In this document: positions 27,861 through 40,119 of the stretch, piece by piece
How positions within the stretch are numbered: position 1 is the first letter of the stretch
Layout of the letters: each line of letters opens with the position of its first letter
From: Octopus sinensis
Taxonomy: Eukaryota
Length of the DNA stretch: 64,000 nt
Reading direction: 5' to 3'
NCBI RefSeq assembly: GCF_006345805.1
Contig: NC_043015.1
Span: 23,188,001-23,252,000 of the forward strand
Position numbers and translations under genes: made by a program
The notes under the pieces: model-generated
The model's input: the letters and a program-made list of their open reading frames with translations, nothing else
The model's database searches: none
Told to the model about the DNA's origin: nothing

Positions 27861-28452
27861 CGGCATTTATAAAAATTTGTACCAAAATTGTCAGGCCTTT
27901 CACCTACAGTAGAAAGCTTTATTATTTTTATCATTAATATTATAATTGTTGTTGTAGCTTTTGTTGTTGTTGTTGCTATTGTGAGTCATTATTATGACTA
28001 ATGGTGTACATGTTTGTCCTAAGGCTGCTCCATACGCAGATATTCCTGGACTTCAATTTGTGGTGTGTTTTTTTTTTCTTTGTGTATTCCGGATATAGCA
28101 GAAGTGATGATACTTACTAACTAAAGTCATGATTACGAGTTGTATTTGCATTATACTGTTTCAGACGAAAACAACCTAATAAATATTTTCAAATGAAATT
28201 ATTTGTTAGGTTTCACAACTAATTGTTCTGCCGGGAAAAATCATGTTTTATATATTTTCTAATGTTCTGTCTGTCCTGTGTCGTCAATGACTTCTAAAAT
28301 AATGCTATATACGCATTCGATGAATACATATGAAACATACATAAACAAATATGCAACAGTATAACAATATATATTTATAGAAATGTATACTGATACTCAT
28401 ATATAAACACATACATGTAGAAATACATGTATGTAGAAATACATGTATATAT

Positions 28453-28486
<34 letters not shown>

Positions 28487-28542
28487 AATACATGTATGTA
28501 GAAATACATGTATATATATATATATTATATATATATATATAT

Positions 28543-28575
<33 letters not shown>

Positions 28576-28585
28576 GTGTGCATAT

Positions 28586-28629
<44 letters not shown>

Positions 28630-29424
28630 AGTATGTATATCTATATATGGAAACACATACACACGTACATATGTGTGTTTGTGAGTAGTTGTAGGTATGT
28701 ATGGCTTTATATATTTACGTATCTGCCTATCTATATTGTATGTATGTATGTATATATATATACATGTATGTGTGTGTGTGTGTGTGTGTGTACATCTATG
28801 TGTATATATATACACATATATCAATATACATGCACACGCACACAGGCGCACATATATATACACACAAATATATGGTGAAATTATTTTTCTATGTGTGGGA
28901 AATATCATAAATGTCGATAAATTTTTTTTATTGTACCCATGGAAACAGTTTTCAATTTAAATCAGGAAATAAATAGAGCTTTGATAAATTGTATTTTAAT
29001 ATATCGACTGTGGAGATTTTTATTGAGGAGGTTTGATTATAAAATATATCTATTATAGCGCCGCCTATTATGTCAAACGGGAAATTACTACAGAGTGTTA
29101 TATTATGACGTCAGCGATACATTTCACACTTGCTTCATACAAAGTAGCAAGGATATTCTCATTTGAGCTGCTTAAACAAATAGATAAATAGATTTACTTC
29201 CGCTGCAGTGACTTAGTAGACAGAACACATACATTGAAACCGCTCTAAATACTAATGCGTTCATACATACATACACACAGATATACATATACGTACGCAT
29301 AGAGTTATGTATGTGTATTTGAGTCTGTATGTGTATATGTATGTCTTCGTTAACGTACGTATATGTATATATCTTCATATATATGTATATATGGGCATAT
29401 ACATATGCTTATATGCATATGAGC

Positions 29425-29463
<39 letters not shown>

Positions 29464-29464
29464 A

Positions 29465-29665
29465 ACGGGAAGCTTTATGAAAATAGACAAAAGACGAAGG
29501 CAGGTGGAAAACAAACAAACAATTGTATTAGTATGGCGCTCAGGAAATATAAATAAAACAAGTCTTTAACGTTTCGAGCCTACGCTCTTCAACAGAAAGA
29601 TACACAGAGAAAAAAACACAGAAAGAAGGAGAGAAAAAAATGCATGCAGTAACTAACGAATCAAC
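29465..29665 (-). mobile_element. Family A (TA)n-abutting hammerhead-bearing element, copy 1
   Basis: About 200 bp, homologous to 30351-30538, 36421-36618 and 43917-44130. The 3' end joins (TA)n. Confidence 0.8.
29563..29600 (-). ncRNA. Minimal hammerhead-like ribozyme with a CUGUNGA core
   Basis: TCTTT-CTGTTGA-A-GAGC-GTAG-GCTC-GAA-ACGT-T-AAAGA. Stem I is a perfect 5 bp, stem II is 4 bp, stem III is the palindrome ACGT, and the core has A6U. Confidence 0.65.
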
Positions 29666-29873
29666 ATATATATATGTATGTCCCGGGTTGAGTCGGGGTT
29701 AACCACAGTAAATAAGGTAGTCAATACATAGCAGAGTAAATTAATTTATTTTATAGAAGGAGCTTCTACGGACTAGAACTGTTTCATTCAAAAGAAATCA
29801 TCAGGAGCTTCCTGATGATTTCTTTTGAATGAAACAGTTCTAGTCCTGTAGAAGCTCCTTCTATAAAATAAAT
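29666..29873. mobile_element. Head-to-head palindromic element (arms 29744-29806 and 29810-29873) between TA tracts (family E)
   Basis: The arms are identical except for a 1-nt indel, and the centre is 3 nt (GCT). Confidence 0.85.
29804..29858 (+). ncRNA. Type I hammerhead-like ribozyme
   Basis: GGAGCTTC-CTGATGA-T-TTC-TTTT-GAA-T-GAA-ACAG-TTCTAGTC-CTGT-A-GAAGCTCC. Stem I is a perfect 8 bp, the core is canonical, stem III is 4 bp, and the predicted site is GUA. Stem II is weak, with U.U at 10.1-11.1. Confidence 0.75.
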
Positions 29874-29906
29874 ATATATATATATATATATATATTATCC
29901 TTTAAT

Positions 29907-30061
29907 GTATCTGCGAGATACCAACACGCTGGAAATAGCAGCTAAGTCTTGACTCTAAAACCGCATTAAATGTTCATACAGCTCCAGGTGATGTATGCAC
30001 ATTTAATGTGATTTTAGTGTCAAGTTTTGCTATTTACATCGTGGTTGTATCTCTTAGATAC
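29907..30061. mobile_element. Imperfect fold-back (MITE-like)
   Basis: 29907-29973 is an imperfect reverse complement of 29999-30061. Confidence 0.6.
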
Positions 30062-30167
30062 CCTAAATTATAATTTTAATAATAATTAATTATTACCTTT
30101 GAAGGTTTTTATTCCCAAGCTGGCCACTTGATAAGATCGATATTTAAATTAACGATCTTATCCTTAT

Positions 30168-30275
<108 letters not shown>

Positions 30276-30301
30276 ATATATATTATATATATATATATAT
30301 T

Positions 30302-30350
<49 letters not shown>

Positions 30351-30355
<5 letters not shown>

Positions 30356-30538
30356 GGGAAAGTTTACGAAAATAAACAAAAGACGAAGGCAGGTGGAGTA
30401 CAAACAAACAAATGAATTAATATAGCGCTCAGGAATAGAAAAAGTATTTTACGTTTCGAGTCTACGCTCTTCGACAGAAAGATACACATAAAAATAACAA
30501 GGAGAGAAAAAATGCGTGTAGGATCTAACGATCTATCA
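30351..30538 (-). mobile_element. Family A element, copy 2 (hammerhead-like motif at 30445-30482)
   Basis: Motif TCTTT-CTGTCGA-A-GAGC-GTAG-ACTC-GAA-ACGT-A-AAATA. The 3' end joins a long (TA)n tract. Confidence 0.8.
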
Positions 30539-31093
30539 TATATATATATATGTATATGTATCTTTGTATGTATATGTATGAATATATATATGATTGCATA
30601 TACTTGTATATTTGTACATATATATATGTATATATGTTTATATATATATATGTGTGTGTGTGTCTGTGTGTGTACGAACACATTTCGCGTAGACCTTGTG
30701 ATTCTAAGGGCGTGGTGTAGAAATCAATATGCATATACATCTGAACGATGAGTTAATCGATTACAGATCGGTTATAAGAAACAAATGACAAGAATAATTC
30801 ACTTACAACTGTTTACATTATATATGTCAAAGACATTTAGTTGTTAATAATCCCTTTGCGACGGTTTTGACACCCCTTTCTGAGGCGTTACTTAGAGTTC
30901 ATCAAAACCACATGAAGTAGCCCTGTCCAAGGACTCAAGAGATTAATATCCGGATGATGATTATACTTCAAAATTTATATAATGATTCTTTACAAATATT
31001 TCAAATAAATGAATAACATCGGAAATACCTAGTAAGGGTTTTCGTGGGCCTTATAATATTGCAAAATATAAATGCATATCAATAACGATATAT

Positions 31094-31132
<39 letters not shown>

Positions 31133-31705
31133 AAATAAAACAAAAAAAAAAGATAATCTTGTTTCATAGAGAGTATTATTTATGCCTGCAAATGTGAAAT
31201 ATGTATTTCTATACTATTCACAATCACGTGTTTTTGAAAGATATAGGCATCGATAATAACAAAACACGAAACAAAACAATAGACGTTTGCTTTCTAAATA
31301 ATATGTGATATATGGCCAAACAAGGTTTATAGACACCAATTCCCTGACACTATTGCAATAACGAATACATAAACCAGTTTTTAGTTCGTTCGAAAGCATG
31401 TGACCCACGACGTTAGTCTTCAATAAAGTGCACTTTGTAATTAAATATATACGAGTATCGTAGCTCACTGCATCCCAAATGTCATCATACGGTATTATCA
31501 AGGGGCACTTTTATTGCACATTTTGCTATCATTTTCATGTAAGTAACATTTCTCAGTTACATATTTAAAAGCCTTCTGGAACACTTAAAGTCATAAATGT
31601 CACCTCATAATTTTGTTATAAATAAATATGGGTGTTTATAGTAATAACATAAGCAAAGACAGAGAGATACATACATATATACATATGTATATATGAATGT
31701 ATATG

Positions 31706-31763
<58 letters not shown>

Positions 31764-31904
31764 CACATCTAGATATATACTGTCTATGTGCAAATACATG
31801 TTAATGTGCATGAATCGGTTGTATGCTTATATCTAAGACATATACGAACAAGCAAATGTACACACGTATATGCAAACATGCATACATGCATATGTATGTA
31901 TAAT

Positions 31905-31947
<43 letters not shown>

Positions 31948-32368
31948 TATCAAAAGGGAAATGGAATTTAATTAAATTTTAAATATTACATTTCCAGTGG
32001 TCTAACGTGCAAAAAAATTACTCCAGAAGACTATATATTAGTTATACGATATAGTGTATATTTATACACATGAGGAATCCACACTTAGGGCGAGATTCAA
32101 CACATTAGAGAACCACAAAAATAACAGATAAAATTCGACAAATAAATACACACTATATCGTATATATATTCTTCTTTAGTAGAAGAAATAGCTATAACCC
32201 TTTGACTGCTATTTCTAAATTCGGTATGTGGTAAGGCAACTCGTTGCTAAACCCTTATTGCTTAGTATTACTTAAATTTTCCTCGAATGAGGCTTTTACA
32301 TGCCGAAGACTACTTGGTGTAATTGATAATTTTTCCAAATTAATTAATTTCACCCTTCATTATTACGG

Positions 32369-32428
<60 letters not shown>

Positions 32429-32574
32429 CAGGCATACAGACACACACACGGGTACATATCTGCAGTGATATATATGTATTATTCTTTTACCACGAGTTAA
32501 ACACTGACGCCAAAGTGCCCGGCTGTCTACATCTATTAAAACTGTTGACATTCGTCCACCTATTATTATTATTA

Positions 32575-32880
32575 TTCTATTATTATTCTATTCATGTTTG
32601 ACTTTTGCTTTATATTTGTACAAGTTGACTCGAAGTCTTACCCAGAGACCTCAGGAGACAACAGGTTGGAATTTCACGTTGTTGTTATGCCTAGTGTGCC
32701 ATATATTTGGGTTTTTTGGTGTGTTGTACTAGTGAATGTCTAATAAATAAATTTTAAAAAAAAAGTTTGTTTTAAACATTGAGATTACATAGAGAGTATT
32801 TTGCGTAGGATATGAGCAGTTCCCATGAGTACTATCTTTGGAATTTCTGTCATTTTGGGGTTTCTTGGTATCTGAGTTAG
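32575..32880 (-). mobile_element. R4/Dong-type LINE 3' end within a (TAA)n tract
   Basis: Minus frame NPKMTEIPKIVLMGTAHILRKILSM* is followed by a 3' UTR. The sense strand has (AAT)n on both sides. Confidence 0.8.
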
Positions 32881-32892
32881 GTATTATTATTA

Positions 32893-32974
<82 letters not shown>

Positions 32975-33089
32975 CATTATTATTATTGTTGTTGTTATTA
33001 TTCTTACAGCAACAACTACTACTAATACTACTACTACTACTTCTGTTGCTGCTGCTGCTGCTACTACTACTACTACTACTACTACTAGG

Positions 33090-33533
33090 CCTGATCGTCT
33101 TATTTTCGATAAGAGGGATTCTGTGGATTATTTTATATACTATGCTATGTTAATTTCTTCTGTTCTAATACTATGTTTGCATTCAAAGTGTCCGCTCACT
33201 CTCTATTACTTGGTACATACAGTATGTCTGCGTCACTTTCGGGGTAGAGAATCCCATATCTAGTCAGCAACTTCCTTGTCTTTTTGTCTAAGCTGTTTAG
33301 TTCATCTACTGTCCGTGCCATTACCCCTGCTCAATATCTAAGGAGTGAAATCGCCCAGGTGTTGATGGCTTCAATCTTATTCCGTCCTTTTAATTCCGTC
33401 TTAAATGTCAGTCTCAATCTGCGCAAATACTTCACCTTAAATTTTTGCGTCATTTCTTTCTCCATCAATTTATTCATTTCCAGTATCTGCAAGTACTTAT
33501 GGCTCGTCCTTTCTATATGCGTTATATTAATAT

Positions 33534-33540
<7 letters not shown>
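33090..33540 (-). mobile_element. R4/Dong-type LINE reverse-transcriptase C-terminal fragment
   Basis: Minus frame HKYLQILE...KYLRRLRL..KTELKGRNKIEAINTWAISLLRY...LDKKTRKLL...ILYPESDADILYVP, with stop codons. Confidence 0.8.
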
Positions 33541-33585
<45 letters not shown>

Positions 33586-33798
33586 TTTTTATTATTTAGT
33601 AGCTTTATTTTTATGATTCATTGCTATGATTATGAGCTGTGGTTACTTTTGGTGCTCTTATTTTTCTTTATTGAAAGTGTTTTACGCAGGATAGGTGCAG
33701 TGCCTTGTCGTGCTATTTTCTGTGTTATATTATTATCATTTTTATCATTATAATTATCATTGTTGTTGTTGTTGCTGTTGTTGTTGTTATTGCTTGTG

Positions 33799-33846
<48 letters not shown>

Positions 33847-34202
33847 ATAATAATAGTAGTAGTAGCAGCAGCATGGACAATAAACTTATTTTAATCCATA
33901 AGCGTATAAATATTTTAAAAACACAGTTTTAAAATGCATTAGGTCTCTTTTAGATGGTTTAGTTGTAAAAGCTGTACCGATTTCATAGATTTTTCTGATT
34001 TTCAAAGTTTAAGTGAGATTAAAAGGCTCATGGAGTTTGTCTTCTTTTTCTAGAGAAAACATGGCTCAAGGTAATATCAGTTTAGGATACAATTTAATTG
34101 GTATAGGATGATCACGTGCTTAATTTGAAAATGTTTTCAAAATCAAAAAACAACACATTTTACATTTTATTTTTTATGAACGTAGTCACTTACTCTCTCT
34201 AT

Positions 34203-34400
34203 CTCTCTCCCTCTCTCACTTTATCTTTCCCGTGAAACTCTCTGCCTCCTTCTTCCACTCTTCTTTATCTTATTTTTGTTAGACGCCTTCAAAAAAGCAA
34301 TGCTCTCTCTCCCCCTCTCACTTTGTCTTTCCCGTGAAACTCTCTGCCTCCTTCCACTTTTCTTTATCTTATTTTTCTTTTGTTAGACGCCATGAAAGCA
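34203..34400. repeat. Imperfect tandem duplication of about 100 bp
   Basis: ctcactttRtctttcccgtgaaactctctgcctcc...gttagacgcc occurs twice. Confidence 0.85.
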
Positions 34401-35387
34401 GCTATGGCTGATATTTTTATGGCTAAAAGCTATGGGTGCCTCGGGAAAAAAAATAAGTTGAACAAAGCCAGATAGGATGTTGACGAATCTCCTCCTAAAA
34501 TTTGAGCAACATGCGTGCTAATTTGTGGATGTGCATAAATTACAATCATGTACACACGCGCGCGCACACACATCATGGCTTTTATAGATATAATGTATCT
34601 AAAGTCGTTTAAGTTTTTCATAGTTCCTCTATACCTATTGCTCTGGCAATTTCCATTCCGCTTTCTATAAACATTGATGATATTACGTTCCAAGCAATAT
34701 TTGTTATAATTCCTGAAGTATTTTATTACGAATTCTAAAATTTGTAACAATTATGCAGATTCTTCTTTGCTAGATCAAATGAAATATGTGTTTGGAATGA
34801 CATGAGGCAAACAGCAGACATAGTTTTTTGTCTGTTACTGTGTTTTGAAGGTCTGTTTTGAATGTGAGAATATGATTTGATGATTAGAATATCCAGAAAT
34901 AGTGGTTGAACTTTACTGTATTCCATTGCGGCGTTAATACAAGTGGTTCTGTTGTTAATTAGGATTTGAAACTCAATAAGCTGCACAAATATATGTATCC
35001 ATAAATTCAGGCAGTCGTCGAAGTGACATAGTTATCACGTTAATAATGATGGAAGTCCAAGTCATATATTAATTTGGGCTGTTTATATATCTGGACCACT
35101 ATGTTTGACATGACTAAATTAGCATAAGTTGGAGCAACCTTCGTATCGAGCTTTGGAAAAGAAGAGATTTTTCGAAATCCTGTCAGAAGTATAGCTGTTG
35201 TGACATAGTCCTAAGCATTTCTACGATAACTAATAGTTGACAGCTAGATCTAGCTGTGATAACGGTTACGCCTTAAAAAAATGTACCTTCTACGACACCC
35301 ATTACAATTTCCACTCATATATATTTCTACCTACCTATCTATCTACATATATAAATACATACATAACATAAATACATACATACATAA

Positions 35388-35450
<63 letters not shown>

Positions 35451-35782
35451 TATATAATATATATATATATATAATATATATATATATACATAAAGTGTGT
35501 TTGCCATTGCAGCATGGCAGTCCTCCGCAGGACGATGTTACTACATTTTAAATCCAGGGAAATATATTGTGCAGCTGGCTACCGCCAATATATGATCTGT
35601 GTCCGTATACTATGATCATGGGATTCTAATGTCCGTTTCCTAACTGTAGTCATACTTGTAGACCAATTGGGTAATTTCCTTTCTTCGATACACAAAGGCT
35701 GCCGGCTAGAAATATCATCCACTCACACTTCCTCACAGTATATACTTTTAAAGCGACACACATTAACAGACCCCGTAAAGAG

Positions 35783-36125
35783 AAAAGCAACTAGTTTTAA
35801 ATCTCTGAGTGTGAAATATATAGTAACAGTGCCGTACAGTAAAGTCTATTTGCCAACGCAACATGGCATTCCTACGTCGGACGATGTTACTAAATATTAG
35901 CCACATTTAAACATCATTTCCAGCTGGGTACAGATATATGGTCTCTATCCGTATACTGTGAACGAGATAATCTACTGCTCCAGTTGCAAAATAAGTTTTC
36001 CTGGGGCTAAAAATTATTAACATCGACCTACTTAGTACTGCGACATTGTGTAGGTAAATAGAATTTACTGCACGGTACTGTACTACATATTTCTCCCTCA
36101 GAGATTTAAAACTAGTTATTTTTAT
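35783..36125. mobile_element. Long imperfect fold-back element (MITE-like), with a partial sibling at about 35507-35640
   Basis: aactagttttaaatctctgag...ctatttgcc at 35789-35854 matches the reverse complement of 36053-36117, and similarity continues inward. Confidence 0.65.
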
Positions 36126-36365
36126 CTTGTGTGGGCGTGTATATGTATATGTATAGTAATCATATTATAAAACTATGGGCGTATATGTATATGCATAATG
36201 TACATATATATTTTATATATATATATATATATTGAAATGGATAAATGAATTATCTTGTTACGCATTATTCAAAAGATAACCGATACCTGGGTAGCAAAAA
36301 TCACAACAGAAAAATCACGGTTGAGGTTACGACCATATATACATACATACATATATATATATTAT

Positions 36366-36420
<55 letters not shown>

Positions 36421-36421
<1 letters not shown>

Positions 36422-36618
36422 GGGAAGGTTTACGAAAATAAACAAAAGACGAAGGCAGGTGGAATACAAACAAACAAATATTTGTATGGCGCTCAGGAAT
36501 AGAAATAAAACAAGTCTTTTACGCTTCAAGCCTACGCTCTTCGACAGAAAGATACACAGAAAAGAAACAAGGAGAAAAAAAAATTGCGTGTAGGGGATCA
36601 CGATCCAACATGGCGTTT
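36421..36618 (-). mobile_element. Family A element, copy 3 (mutated hammerhead-like motif at 36515-36552)
   Basis: TCTTT-CTGTCGA-A-GAGC-GTAG-GCTT-GAA-GCGT-A-AAAGA. The 3' end joins (TA)n. Confidence 0.8.
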
Positions 36619-36624
36619 TTATAT

Positions 36625-36815
36625 ATATATAAAAACTTACTTGGAGAAAAGAAACGAAACGATGCGAGGGCGCTCAGTCAGAAAATAATTTAATTAAAAA
36701 AATATATGCATACATATATACCTATATGTACGTGCTTACATCTATATTTATATATACTATGACTGAGCGCCCTCGCGTCGTTTCGTTTCTTTTCTCCAAG
36801 TAAGTTTTTATATAT
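36625..36815. repeat. 56-bp inverted repeat with a 79-bp spacer and TA at the outer ends
   Basis: 36625-36680 matches the reverse complement of 36760-36815 with one mismatch. Confidence 0.9.
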
Positions 36816-37029
36816 AATTATGACGCGAACTCTGTAACCGTTTACTTGACCTTTCCTTCCTTCCTGTCTGTCTTCCTCTTTACCTGTCTCTCTCCTTCTT
36901 ATTTTTCACCCTTTCTGCTTTCCTTTCCTCTCTATCTCTCTCTCTCACTCACTCCTCCCCATCTCTCTCACTGCTGAGTGGATTACGAACTTCCTTTTGC
37001 TCGCAGCTTTCTACAAGTCAACACCGACT

Positions 37030-37430
37030 ATTTCTTGCGCTCCGAATTTTTCCATCGTCTAGGCTTTAAAAAAAGCCCTCAATGTTGGTTTCATTGTCCT
37101 GTTTTTATTCTTTATGTGTACTGTATTTTTATTTGTATTACTTTTACGTCTTGTTCTTGTCACATTTTTTTCTTTTCTTGTTTTACTCCTCTGCAAAAGA
37201 ATTTTATTTAATTCTTTCGCAGGAAGGACTGCTTCGCCCGGATCGTGTTCTGTCCTTACCTTCGAAACACGCATTGAGCCAAACCAGGGACAGCTGATGA
37301 AGGGGAATATTCCTTGTATTGTTTGTCTTGTACTCCGTTTTTTCGTTGTTAAAAAAAGTCCGTTTCCTAGTTTTTTTTGTTTTCGTTTGTCGTTGTGTTC
37401 TAAGTTTATTTGTGGTGTCCTGTACTCATA
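37030..37430 (+). mobile_element. Family C non-coding element ending at TA-rich DNA, with a truncated sibling at 40261-40410
   Basis: The 3' end tgtcctgtactcatat and the T-rich body are shared, as reverse complement, with 40255-40390. The 5' boundary is approximate. Confidence 0.6.
37244..37305 (+). ncRNA. Candidate non-circularly permuted hammerhead ribozyme
   Basis: CGTGT(37244-48)-T-CTGTCCTT(37250-57)-A-CCTTC-GAA-ACACG(37267-71)-14 nt-AGGGACAG(37286-93)-CTGATGA-A-GGGG. Stems III and I pair in exact hammerhead register, but the strand order is non-standard. Confidence 0.55.
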
Positions 37431-37533
37431 TTTATATACATATATATGCATGTATATATACATATAGATGTAGGTACGTACATATATGTATGTGTGCATA
37501 TATATTATTTATTAAATTATTATACATATATAT

Positions 37534-37586
<53 letters not shown>

Positions 37587-37874
37587 AACACATATAAGTA
37601 TATATGTGTGTATGTATGTATAATTGCATGTATGTATAAAGAATATATAAATCTATACAAATATACACATATTTTCTCGTTCATAAATTTTTAGATATTG
37701 TTGCGGTTTTTGGTTATTAAATACTGTGCATGTATAAATACATAATTTCACACATACATATGCATAATTAATGATCAAAATATGTGCCATATACTCACCC
37801 AAACACCCAAACACATATAGGTTATATATCTGTATGTTGGGGTGGGCAGGCACGTATATTCATGTATATATATA

Positions 37875-37932
<58 letters not shown>

Positions 37933-39066
37933 GCTGGTTTTATAATAGCAAATATACGCTTGCATATAAAAGTATATACAAACACACAGGCGCATATATT
38001 CAGTTACATACATTTCTATAAGAAAACAACTACCCATATCTCGGATTACATTAAATATTTCTTTATTTTTTCCTTTCTGATATCTGCAAACATATCTTTA
38101 ATACTTGCACAACTGAAGAGTTCGTATTATTGTTCTGCAATTATATGTAATCAATATTGGAAATGTTGCTTTTGGATAAATCCAATGAAATATCGTCATA
38201 ACAAAAAAAGAATGAATATAAAAGATAACTCTAATGTGTAGAAAAAGAAAAAAAAACATAATCAATAAATGTTTCCGAATTATACGTTTTTATTGCATTT
38301 TGCTTTTTTCTTCATCTCTAGCTAATAAATCAAGCCAAACCATTGCACTGACTCAATATGAAACTTAGTTAAGTAAATGTTAATAGCTTCACAATGTTTC
38401 AAATACGAATGTTATAGATTTAGAAATGTGTATCAATATATAATTTCAAACATGCAGAGTCACTTAAACAAACACACCAAAGTTGATACCTATGCATTTA
38501 TACTTATACACATGATGTTAGTGTGTGTATAAATGAAACCTAAGATCAATTCACACACATGCACATCGGCTACATTCAATAATTTCTTGAAAATGGGGTC
38601 ATAACCCCGAAATATTGAATACAAGGTAAGTCAACATTAATTCATATATTTATTTTCTTGTGATTTGCTTTGTATTTACGTCGCAATGTTCTGGCCATAC
38701 CGGCGATCCTTCATACAATATATTCGATATATATATATCGATATATACACATACATATTCGTGCTGTATCCACGAAGTTCAACATGTTGTATATCACTTG
38801 ATCAGTTAAGAGAATAATGATATAATTATAAACATGTAAAATGAGAAGCCTGGTGAAATTTAGCTTCCTAGGTTCTCCTGGCCCAAATAGTAAGTTATTT
38901 CAGTGCTCTGCAAAACTAAGTTGAGAGTATGACATTCGATTTCATAGGTATTTGAATGAACACGAATATTTTGAAAACTACAAAGATCTGTCAAGGAAGT
39001 ACAATTAACTACACAGCACCTAAAAGATTCCTTATGTGAGCACTAGAAATGTCCTACACCAGCAGG

Positions 39067-39123
39067 GGTTTATCTATAATTCCTGCTAAGTGTCCGGTGG
39101 TTTATCTATAATTCCTGCTAAGT
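39067..39123. repeat. Exact 25-bp direct repeat separated by 7 bp
   Basis: GGTTTATCTATAATTCCTGCTAAGT-GTCCGGT-GGTTTATCTATAATTCCTGCTAAGT. Confidence 0.95.
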
Positions 39124-40055
39124 TGCATTTTGTAAAATGTGGACATGATTAGAACATCCCATCTTTCCCATGTTTATATTCACTTGAAGATATGTCTTAA
39201 AAGATATACATTCTAAATCATAATGCTGACATTACAAGCTTGAAGAATGACGAAATAGATTTAAAAATTCCGACTCGGCAACACTAAGTAGCTGGCCTTC
39301 ACGAGGCTATTCCAATGTTTTTAATAATATTATATCTTAACGTGTGTATGTGTTTGTGTGTGTCTGTCTGCGCTTGTGTGTGTCTGTCTGTGTCTGTGTA
39401 TGTTCGTGCATGTGTGTATATCTACTCCAGGTGATACATTTGGTAATCCGTGTAAAGGCACCAGGATTATTCTATTGAAAATATCGAAGAACTTCAGGGC
39501 ACTTTTCAAAAGTCAATAAACGAATTCTACGTGTGACCAATAATGAATTTCAATTAGAAAAAATCTCTGGAATAAACGACGCAGGATTAAATACCAAAAA
39601 CTAAGGAAATAAGGAGACAAAATTGCATGCTGACACAAAGAAGGAGCAATCGTGTTTGAAGTTTCGTGCTATGGATCACTGAGCACGCGTGAATATTTCA
39701 CTCCTTTTGTCAGTGGTTGTATCAAAATAGAGAAATATGACACGATTTTTTTTCAAAATGTTCTGAACCAAGAATAAAATAGGAATTATGGCGAATGTGA
39801 TGCTAATGCCCATCAACAGAGATCTGGATGAAGTTCCTAACTTCAAGAAAATAAAATTAGTAAAGTTATTCAGGTAATGTCTATTAAATAATGCATATAA
39901 TTTAATAAATTATGTTGAAATTATGAAATATATATTACATAAATTGTAATATATAACTTATGCATACGCACAAACATATATATATGTAGATGTATGTAGA
40001 CCTACCTAACTACCTAACAACCTATCGATCTTTCGATCCTTCTATGTATATATGC

Positions 40056-40087
<32 letters not shown>

Positions 40088-40088
40088 G

Positions 40089-40119
<31 letters not shown>

